DNA of 64,000 nucleotides from Lingula anatina. Lineage: Eukaryota > Animalia > Brachiopoda. The stretch spans positions 8,432,001-8,496,000 of the forward strand of contig CM120649.1 of the NCBI GenBank assembly GCA_051362555.1, given 5' to 3'. This document shows positions 21,701 through 33,500 of this stretch, one piece after another. The notes under the pieces are model-generated. The model did no database searches and was not told the origin of the DNA. It saw only the letters and a program-made list of their open reading frames with translations. How positions within the stretch are numbered: position 1 is the stretch's first letter; each line of letters opens with the position of its first letter. A program made the translations under genes and the position numbers.

Positions 21701-24564
21701 TTGCAAATTTTGCTTCCCTTTTATCTCCAAAACTGGCAGAGATAGGTCCATAGTTACTATTGAAGTTGAATAGGAAGTCATATACTGGCAATCTAAATGT
21801 GGCCTTAAAATTGACCTTTGACCTACTTTTTACCATGAACTGAACTCTGCTAATTTCTTTCTCTATTAACTCCAAACCTGGCAGACATAGGTCCATAGTT
21901 ACTATTGAAGTTGAATAGGAAGTCATATACTGGCAATCTAAATGTGACCTTGAAATTGACCTTTGACCTACTTTTTATCATGAATTGAACTTTGCAAATT
22001 TTGGTTCCCTTTTATCTCCAAAACTGGCAGAGATAGGTCCATAGTTACTATTGGACTTGAATAGGAAGTCATATATTGGCAATCTTACTGTGACCTTGAA
22101 ATTGACCTTTGACCTACTTTTCATGATGAACTGAACTTTGCAAATTTTGCTTCCTTTTTATCTCCAAAGTTACGCTGTATCAAAAAGTACATTTTGGTGG
22201 TTAAAGCAAAATGTGCAGTACGGTAATGGATAATAAATTTTGAACTCCGTAAAAACAAAACATAAGGCTAGGCAAAGCAGGCAACTTGTGGTCGAAAATG
22301 ACATTATTTCATCAAATTTGAACATTTGAAACTTCAGAGCACCTCCCATTTCAGGAATTTTTACCAAAATGACCTTTTCTTTATTTTAATTAATTTTTTC
22401 TGTAGGAAATTTATGGCACATTATGGTAACTCCAAAATTATAACATTTAGTCCCTTATATCTCCAAAACTGGCAGAGATAAGTCCATAGTTACTATTGAA
22501 GTTGAATAGGAAGTCATGTACTGGCAATCTTACTGTGACCTTGAAATTGACCTTTGACCTACTTTTCACCATGAACTGAACTTTGCAAATTTTGCCTCCC
22601 TTTTATCTCCAAAACTGGCAGAGATAGGTCCATAGTTTCTATTGAACTTGAATATGAAGTCATATACTGGCAATCTAAATGTGGCCTTGAAATTGACCTT
22701 TGACCTACTTTCCAACATGAACTGAACTTTGGAAAATTTGCTTCCCTTTTATCTCCAAAACTAGCAGAGATAGGTCCATAGTTACTATTGAAGTTGAATA
22801 GGAAGTCATATACTAGCAATCTAAATGTGACCTTAAAATTTACCTTTGACCTACTTTTCACCATGAACTGAACTTTGCAAATTTTGGTTCCCTTTTATCT
22901 CCAAAACTGGAAGAGATAGGTCCATAGTTACTATTGAAGTTGAATAGGAAGTCATATACTGGCAATCTTACTGTGACCTTGAAATTGACCTATGACCTAC
23001 TTTTCATCATGAACTGAACCTTGCAAATTTTGCTTCCCTTTTATCTCCAAAGTTACACCTTATCAAAAAGTACATTTTGGTGGTTAAAGCAAAATGTGCA
23101 GTACGGTAATGGATAATAAATTTTGAACTCCGGAAAAATAAAACATAAGGCTTGGCAAAGCAGGCAACTTGTGGTCGAAAATGACATTATTTCATCAAAT
23201 TTGAACATCTGGAACTTCAGAGCACCTCCCATTTCAAGGTTTTTTTTTTCCAAAATGACCTTTTCTTTATTTTAATTAATTTTTTCCGTAGGAAATTTAT
23301 GGCACATTATGGTAACTCCAAAATTATAACATTTAGTCCCTTATATCTCCAAAACTGGCAGAGATAAGTCCATAGTTACTATTGAAGTTGAATAGGAAGT
23401 CATGTACTGGCAATCTTACTGTGACCTTGAAATTGACCTTTGACCTACTCTTCACCATGCACTGAACTTTGCAAATTTTGCCTCCCTTTTATCTCCAAAA
23501 CTGGCAGAGATAGGTCCATAGTTTCTATTGAAGTTGAAGAGGAAGTCATATAATGGCAATCTAAATGTGACCTTGAAATTGACCTTTGACCTACTTTTTA
23601 TCATGAATTGAACTTTGCAAATTTTGGTTCCCTTTTATTTCCAAAACTAGCGAGATAGGTCCATAGTTACTATTGAACTTGAATAGGAAGTCATATACTG
23701 GCAATCTAAGTGTGACCTTGAAATTGACCTTTGACCTACTTATAATCATGAACTGAACTCTGCTAATTTCTTTCTCTTTTAACTCCAAACCTGGCAGAGA
23801 TAGGTCCATAGTTACTATTGTAGTTGAATAGAAAGTCATATACTGGCAATTTACTGTGACCTTGAAATTGACCTTTGACCTACCTTAACTTAACTTTGAT
23901 TGTACCATTTTAAGTTATATATATTTTTTGCGTATTTTGAAAATTCTTGTTGATTACATTTTTATAGCTTGTCAAGCATAAGACTGGTGGCTGTGTCCCT
24001 TATTTTGTGTATGTGGGGGGTCTATACGAATGCGCTTGCTCCAGCTGGTGGTACAACATTCGGAGGCGGTATCGCCTCTCTGATCCTCTAGTTTATTCTA
24101 GATCTTATATATTTGTGAGACTTTGTGAAGAACAAGTCGGCATGCATTGAATGGGTTTAGATTGATCGCATGGTTGTGGAGTTTATGGCAACCCAGCTTA
24201 AAGTTTTCAATATTCCCCTGTCACGAAGCACTGTGAGACAGTAGAAATATATGTGGAGCTTGAGAAGGGTTATTGTTAACATCCTAAGGACAATAGACTG
24301 TCACGTACCTTGTTCAGGTTTTAATAAAGAGGAGCTTAGTTTGAAAAACATTTATTCACATATTTTGTAAGACCCGTTGGGATGTTTCGCTCTTATATGC
24401 TTGGTTATTATTCAGTAAGCAAGGCACTGTTATTTTGTGTTGTTGTTATTCAGTGAGCTGTCCCAGGCATTGATAGCAGATAAATCAAATGGATATCTTA
24501 ATGTACTGGGGTGTCTCTTTTGTAAATGTTAACAAGGACCTCAGTCGATCTTCAACTTCCATGT

Positions 24565-24599
<35 letters not shown>

Positions 24600-27500
24600 T
24601 AATGATACTGCAATCATAACACCTAAACAAAGTTATTCTTTAACTTGCAGAAAAACAGTTTAACTGAAGTCATCTTGTCAAGAAGAATTTTATGGTGACT
24701 GTAATAATAATGATTATGATAAGTGAAATAAATCTGGATCTTTCTCTTTCCAGTGCATTGCTGGAGTATTGTAAACCAGGACTGTTCACAAACTGGAGGA
24801 ACCTGCCACGCTATGAGGGGTAGGTGGTCTGCCATGACAGCGTGCTGGCTGTTACAGTGTGTTAAATTGTTGAATGTACTAGGTGTGACAGTGTGTTAAA
24901 TGTTTTGTTAAATATACTAGGTGTGACAGTGTGTTAAATGTTTTGTTAAATATACTAGGTGCAACAGTGTGTTAAATGTGTGATTAAATGTGCTACGTGT
25001 GACAGTGTGTTAAATGTGTTATGTGTGACAGTGTGTTAAATGTGTTATTGAATGTGCTAGGTGTGACAGTGTTTTAAATGTGTTGTTAAATTTGCTAGGC
25101 ATGACATTGTATTAGATGTAGCAGTGTAATAGATGTGAAAGTGTGTTAGGTGAGACAATGTGTTACATGTGGCAGTGCATTAGATGAGAAAATGCATTAG
25201 ATGTGACAGTGTGCGATATTTGGCAGTGTCTTAGTTGTGGCAGCGTGTTAAGAATCATAATAAGATAGCTATGAGCCTTTTGATGCAAACTAAGGATTAG
25301 TTTGAATCATTATGTGTATTGTTGTATGTAGCATTACACTTCTGTTTGTCATGAATTTTGTGAAGCATTAAGTGAATAATCAGTGGATGAAGTAATATGG
25401 TTCCAAGGTGAAGCATTCCTGCTCTTCACTGTAGAGCTGGTATTGTAGTGAAGACATTGTGAGGTAGTCAGTCAACCCTGGCAGCTGTGGAGTGGCGTGC
25501 ATACTGATGTGATACTGTGACATGGTGTTGGTTCACTTTGATAACAAGATAGATATGTTATATCACTAGAACAGGTGTCCACCCAAATGATACACACACA
25601 GAGAAAATAACCTTCTTTAATAGAACTGTGGTTGTTCATTTGTTTTATTGAATTATGAGACATCGAGCTTGATTTTGAATTTTGTAAATTGAAATCCCAT
25701 TCCAAATGAGATCATTTCTTTGTGTTTGATTGATTTATTTAAAAAGATTTAATATTTGTTTCTGTAAGAAAAGTTCCTATGTGTTATATGTTAATATATG
25801 AAAGTGGGATTAAGAATGGACCGGCTACATTTTCTCATATGCTTTGTCAAAGAAATATGTTATCAGGCCACCATTATTACAGTACTGTTTGTGTCTTGGT
25901 CAAAAGTTTTTGTCTTATTTGACAGCAAGTAATGGGCAAAGCTTTGGTGGTATGGAATAAGATGGTTTGTTTTTAATGCATGTATATTATAGCAGTATTT
26001 TTCTTTTTGGAGAAATTAAAATCTGAATGTCCCATTATTGTAAATACGAGTTCAGTTTGACACAGTTTATTTTCACATAAAACACCACAGGTGTAATTTT
26101 TCCCTCTTTCTCATCCAGGATATGACTATCTAATGGTAAACCAAGAGAAAGTCCTGTCAGCTGGTGTACCAAAGTCATGCTTTGTCCACATTAATAAATG
26201 CTATTTTGCTGTGGTTAACCTCAGCAGCAAATGACATGATCTTTGCCATCAGTTATCAGTTTGGGGGTCACAGACTACACTGTTATCAAGTCATAAAACA
26301 ATGATAGAACTCCTAGTTTTTACAGTTGCTGCATTGCCAGAGGGAATATATGAAATGTGACTTCTAATTATGGTGGTGTACAAATGCCCTGCCCCATGGA
26401 CTAGATGAGACTGTGTTTATATATCATTTGTATTTTTTACAAAGTCTGTCAAAAATAACTGCAAAGAAAAGAAGACAGAGTGCAAAGGCTGAATATTATA
26501 CACACTGATTGTCAGGCACTGATAGTAGCACCTACAGTACCATCATGTCAGGGACAGGTGCCTATAATATATTTCTAAATCATAAGGATCACTGTCAGTG
26601 AAATGAATAAAAATGAACACACGCCATAGGGTATGTTATAAAGGATATTATCTTTTTGGGAGGGTTTGCTTTTCTCTTCCTTTTTTTTCTGAAAAAAATT
26701 TAAAATGGTTCTAAAAAGGAAAATGAGAAAAATTCAAGTGCATGAGATTTTCCTCCTTTCAAAACATATTCTGTTCCCATCTCTGGTTAGACAGTAATGT
26801 AAAACATTTACTTCATTTATACCACAAACTGGAATATGGCTGAAAGCTAAGTTTATAGCCTTTTTTTATGTTTTTGATAAATGGATAACAAGATGACAAG
26901 TTATAACACCTCCAGTTTATTGATGTCTCTCTGTCATGATATCTTGATGTCTGTAGACTCTGAGATTGAACATATCACACAAGAAAAGAAAACAGGATAT
27001 TATGTCTGTCAGGTGTAGCACTATTTTATTCTTAAAACTTGAATTATATGTTCAGTAAACTTGAGTAATGACTTGAAAACTTCACCATTTTTTCTAGAGA
27101 TAGATATTGTATCCAAACTTCCCTTGCCATCAGTAGGAAGAGGACTGTCATACATAACAAGAAGTCTAGTGTTAACAGCCTTGTCTTTTTCTTTATGGAG
27201 TTTTACCATCAACTTTGTATATGTTGATGTGTTACATTGTTGTTAGCCAGATGGCCTCGTGGTCAGAGTGTCCTTCCTTGGAGCAGGAGAACATGGGTTC
27301 ATCCTGTCTGGGGACTAATACCAGTCCTTCATAAACACTTAACAGTACCTGCTGTCTCCCAGCTGTTGGCACTTGGTACATAGGGATTGAATCACGGATA
27401 AAGTTCCTGGCCTGCAGTGAAAGATATTGTTCATATGCTAGCTTTTAGTGCCTCATATAGCAGCTGGGCTGTATCCACCCAGTCTGTATCAGGGCCAGAA

Positions 27501-30500
27501 ATGACCAGGCATCTAATGTAAACCACACTGATATGTGGAGTGCAGAATGTGGAGTGCAAGAACTGAACATTACTTTGTTGTTAATGACTGGTTGTGTTAG
27601 TGTGTTGATGTTGTTGAAGATTGGTTGTGTTGTTATGTGGACTGGTTGTTAGTGTGTTGATGTTGATGTGGACTGGTTGTGTTAATGTTGTTAATGACTG
27701 GTTGTGTTAGTGTGTTGATGTTGTTGTGGCTTGGTTGTGTTGTTATGGACTGGTTGTGTTAGTGTTGTTATGTGGACTGGTTGTGTTAGAGTGTTGAACT
27801 GATTGAACTATATTTTGTTGTGAAATGGGTGTGTGAGAGTATATTTGAATTTGAAAGTTTTTTAATTTAAATGTAAATATGCACTAATAATAAAAGCCAT
27901 TATAGCATTTGTATATTTTCAATGTTTTTTCCTGTCAGGTCTGATGAGGATAGAGCTTACCAAATACGGTATACCAGTATATGTTACTATATATATATAT
28001 ATCAACATCAATTTGTAGTATGAATATTGTATCTGTAAACTTCTCCACTTTTGTCTATCAGTTTTATCAATCCCGATTATAATAATACATTTATCGATAA
28101 TTCAAAATTAACAAATGCCACATTCCCCAAAGTAAAGGACAGTAAGTTATTATTAATTTCTCTATATGTTTTCATTGGGGAGTATTTTTCACATTGTCAA
28201 GATAAAATTATAGCTTTATAATTGAACTAGACAACCTGCTATGTAAAGTGGAGAAATGTACAGTGTATCTAGACTAAAGCATGTGATGTCAGCTTCAAAT
28301 CCCCCCCCCCCCCTCATGCTTGGCAAATGGCAGCTACAGGTCAGCCATGACAACCAGGTGCTGAAGTGGTCCGTTCGCTAGGAAATCCATGTCAGTAGGG
28401 CAGAGATTCTTTGTATCAGTTCAATTGAAAAGTTTTAATCTATTGACTTGGGGCTCGTTCTCAATGAAACTGTTGGCCTAGGGAGGTCAATCGAAGTCCA
28501 CAGGACTCTTGCTGAATGCAACCAGATAAAGAGATTAACATGCTTCTTCTTGGCATTGGATAGAATACAAAAATCCTGGTGATTATACAAGTACTTTGGA
28601 AACAAGAGGGGGCATGTTAATCTGATTGCATTCAGCAAGACCCCAACAGAGTTGGATTGATCTATACAGACCAATAGTTTAATTGGGAATGAGCCTTAGG
28701 GTGCTTTCCCAGAGATTTTGATCGACCTAACTCCCTGGGGGTTCACGCTAAATTGCAGTCAGCCGAGCGGGCACCATAGTTAATTACCCCCTTACAGCTT
28801 TTAGTAGGCGGGACAGACGCTTAAGCCGGCCAAGCTGACAGTAATCTTGTGAGACTCCCCACAGGGATAGATCGATCTAAAAATCTATGGAAATGGGGTG
28901 TAAGTCAGATGATTCTGCTGCCAATCCACTGCAGATTTGGTATAATAACTGCTTTTTAAAACAATTGAAAGTTTACTTTTGATAGAATGAATCACACTCT
29001 ATATATTGATATGAAACAACATGTTATGCTTATGATTATGATAGATATTGAGCAGGTTACCAAGAGTTTAATTAGATATTAGATTGTGCAGCATCTAATA
29101 GCAATGTTATCATGGTGTTGGTATGGCCTAAATGGCATGTAAATATATATATGATTGTATTTATGAATTTTAAAAGTCTTACATCTCATCAGTCAGTATG
29201 TTGCAGGTGGTAAAAAATTAATTGATAATAATAATTGTGATTTTGTTGCCATAGTTTGAATCCGTGCTTCCCAATAATATTATATCCAGCTGCCTTATAT
29301 TTGAAATCCTTTGTACAAAAGCAGGATTTGGAGAAAGTTTGTTGCCATACATTTTACATAGCCAGCTTGTTATTTATAACATAATGTTTAATCATTGGAA
29401 TGGGGATTTTATTTTTGAGTGAAGTATTTACTACTACATTGTAATTAGGTGTCTTGACCCTGTTGTTTGATAAAAGCTATATGGTACAAAGGGGAGACAT
29501 ATTCTGGATGCTTGGGTGAATGAAACGTGATTTATGCCCATTACCGTTAATGACACTGGATTTAATACCTTGGGCTAACAAAGAGGTACTAAAATTTCTC
29601 CACTGTAAGTGATGGGGATATTTTGTGTATGTATACACAATATACATCATTCAGAAATTGGTTTCTGTTGCAGCTCTTAAAAGTGAAATATAAAATCATT
29701 CAGGCTAAAGATATGAAAGTAAAATAATGATTATTAAGTGTATTACAAAGAGAAATGAATTAAAATTCAGAGATAAAAATATAAAATCATTTAAGTTTAA
29801 AATGTGACAATAAACTGTTTTTCCAATTAACATATTTAAAAGACTATTAAATTAATATTTAGTTAAAATGAGAAATAGCTGAAGGGTAAAGGCTCTTGAA
29901 AATCCTCCTACTGCCTGATTGTGATAAGCTTACTAGGTGACTGTTCATTAGCTAGAAGAACACACCTGACTCTAGTTGTCTGGTTACTGCCAGTCTCTCT
30001 TCTCCACTGTATGTTTTACAAATAAAAGAGAAAGGTGAAGAATGAATACATCTTGGAAAATGACACACATGATTGATATAATTCCAAAGGATGATTTAGT
30101 TGATTTACCCACAGTGTGAAGATTTGATATTCATAGTTAAAGATCTCAGTTAACCTTTAATTTAGTATAAATTGTGCAGATATTTCCTCTTCCACTGGTG
30201 TCTGGAATTGCATCGTTTATGTTTTTACTGGGATTTTTCTTACCATTTTCCTTTATTCTATACCTAAAGAAGTGACAACAAAGATTTCACTGTGTGAGTT
30301 AAGTTGTCACAGGAGAGTAGACACAGAAAGGTGACAGTAATATGTCCTGTAGCATGGAGAGGTGACAATAAGATGTCCTGTAGCACAGAGAGGTGACAGG
30401 TGTCACGGCAGGTCACTTGTCCCCAAGGTCAGGCCTTATGGCTACAGGGTTGACACAGTCAGGAGTTGATCGGTTTAAATCTGATTGCTGATATAAATTT

Positions 30501-33500
30501 CCATTTTGAAATGTAACCACTGGCATCCCCTCAGGTAATTTGTTAAACGAATGCCTCATTTAATTGTTTTCTGTTCATCTGCAGTATCAAGGATCTTTAG
30601 GTAATCAAATGAAAATCTTAGCACCCATAATTTTTGTATACAAAAACTGGCTTTTATAATAAAAAAAAATTGCCATTTCTTGCAGCTTGCCATTAAGGAC
30701 ATAGCCTTAATGCCTTTATAGATTTCCCATCCTGTTCTTAATACTTTGATAAATGGGTTACATGTCATGTTGCCTCTAGAAATAACTGCATTTCTAAAAG
30801 GTACATGCATTTAATGATATTTGTCACCTGCGGAAGGCTGTACTGTCTTAACCTTTTGTGCTGATGTAAGAATAGTCTGAGAGAATTCTTAACAGATACT
30901 ATCATGGTTTACTTTTTCAATGTCAAACCAGTTTGTTAACCTGCTGAAAAAGCTGCCCAGCTGTTTTGAAAAGTTTTGTAAGGTAAACATGTCCCAGCTC
31001 AGTTTCTAAAAAGCTGTCCTCTTATGTTATAAACCTTAGGAAAATTTACCCATCTTTGGAAAGTTTCAACCTTGCGTATATACAAGGCTTGTCCCTAATG
31101 TTGTTTAAATTTGACCCAGCATAATTTTAGTTACAGATCCCTAGCTTGCTTTTTGTCATGGCCATATAATAGCCATAAAGTCTGTGGACTGTAAGGGTGC
31201 GTTCACAATGAAGCTATTGTTCAAGGTAGATCTATCCAGCTCTATGGGAACTCTCACTGAATGCTACCAGATTAACTGAATAAGGCCTCCTCAAGTAGCT
31301 AAGGGGGGATTAACTTCTGTGTGCTGCTCAAGAAAGTGCCATTCAGTTCATCAGACTGCATTCAGCAAGAGTCCCCGCAGATTTGGATTGATATACCTAG
31401 AACAGTAGTTATATTGTGAATGTACCCCGTGAAGCCTAGGTCAGCAGGACTCCAATTGAAATGCAAGACTGCCGTTGTGGAACAGTGAACACATATTATG
31501 GGATATTGTATCACACTGCTTTTACATTCCAGACTAGAAAAAATACATCCAGAAGGATCAAATTGTTTTTGTTTGACTGTATGTTGATGCAGTTCAAATG
31601 TGATTGATCATTTGCTCAAAGATTGATTTCAAAGAAAGAGTAAAAAACATTTTCCCTTAGAATTGTAGAGAGGTGATTTTCAACAATCATAGGTTGAGAC
31701 TTGTCCAGAATTACAACAATTGGATCTGCTCTTATTATAAAAATGCCCCTTCTAATAATGTTTTTGTTATTTCAATAAGAAAGAATTTTTTAAAAGAAGG
31801 CATTATTCAGTGATGAAAATGCACATGTATACCTGTTCAAGCAAATAAAACAAAATTCACCTTTGCTGAATGACATGTCTAAAAATAGTTTTAAAAATGT
31901 CCTTTTGAGAAAAAGCAACATGATTTGGATTACTGTTCAGTGAATTATTGGTTTCATTTATATAATACTATTTTCAGCCTTGAGAATTGTCGCAATGCTA
32001 TGGATGTGGCCAAGAAAGAGTTTGGAATCCCCATGGTGTTACGCCCTGAAGATCTGGCTAACCCTGACCTGGATGACCTGTCTGGCATGACGTACCTGTC
32101 GTACTTTATGATGGTAGATTCTCCAGGGTATCACGCCACGCTGAGAGACACCAACAAACTGGTCGGCAGCCAGCTGGTCAACAACTTCCAGGTAATACTG
32201 ACAGGAAAACTACTTGTTTCATACCAACAAAGTTTAAAAGAAGTGAAAAACATATCTTTTTAAATTTAATTAAGATTTGTCTTTTGTTTAATTGGTTTTA
32301 TGTTAGAATTTGGCTTTTTTGTCAAAAATCTTAATCTTTCTAAATAATTTTTGATTTTTACATATCTTGGTAATTGTGTTCTTAGGTATTTGCTTTTATG
32401 TAAACTCGATTGAACATTTCAAACTTAAGTGAAAATATTATTATAACAGTTATTATAATAATAATAATAATAATTTTATGAATGATTTCACTACAAGTAA
32501 CCCCTGAGTCAAAGAATGTGTATGGTAATTCCATTTTTGTCAGATATTAGGTTAAAAAGCTGCAATTCAAAGGTGTTTATTCCCTGTGTTTTCAGTCGGA
32601 TTGGGCAGATGGCAGTGTTCTCTGTAAGATTGTGACAGCCGCTGGGGGACAGGTACCTGGAGGTGACGATGACAGTGTGACACTGACACAGAAAGGTAAG
32701 ACCATATGACACTGACACAGAAAGGTAAGACCATGTGACACTGACACAGAAAGGTAAGACCATATGACACTGACACAGAAAGGTAAGAACATGTACGTGA
32801 CACTGACACAGAAAGGTAAGACCATGTGACACTGACACAGAAAGGTAAGAACATATGACACTGACACAGAAAGGTAAGACCATGTGACACTGACACAGAA
32901 AGGTAAGAACATATGACACTGACACAGAAAGGTAAGACCATGTGACACTGACACAGAAAGGTAAGAACATATGACACTGACACAGAAAGGTAAGACCATG
33001 TGACACTGACACAGAAAGGTAAGACCATGTGACACTGACACAGAAAGGTAAGACCATGTGACACTGACACAGAAAGGTAAGACCATGTGACACTGACACA
33101 GAAAGGTAGGACCATGTGACACTCACTAGAATGTCAAGACACTGGCACTCTCAGTGATACTGGTTGTCATTATGTCACTTTTATTATGTGTAAAACATTG
33201 GAATGGGTTATTTGGCATTTATGTTAAACTGTACTGGTAACAAGAATTTCATTCAAACTTACATGTATTAAGTAAGTGAGACAGTGTGGTAGTGGTGAAA
33301 AATTTAATGTGAAGAATAAATGTGAAGATTTGAGCTCATGATTTTAATATCTGTATTCTGTATTTGTACTCATGTTAAAATTATGTGAATTGCAGGCATA
33401 GATGCTGCTAAAAGACTTGGTGTTGAGCCTGTCCTGAAGGCAGAAGAGATGACGGACCCAGAAGTAGAACATCTCGGAGTCATGGCGTATGCTGCCAGGT

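Noticed and set aside
18029-23839. Many 60-130 aa ORFs within the palindrome, including Arg/Ser- and Pro/Ala-rich ones
   Set aside because: They derive from satellite, microsatellite and core repeats; no Rep/helicase or transposase motifs.
16305-24094. Interpretation as a single giant-TIR transposon (Polinton/foldback) or an assembly chimera
   Set aside because: No TSD or coding core was found, each arm has its own complete HINE 5' and 3' structures, and the arms differ by many variants and indels.
32509-33126. Three overlapping 176-205 aa minus-strand ORFs
   Set aside because: They are translations of the 29-bp minisatellite, with a periodic peptide in all frames.
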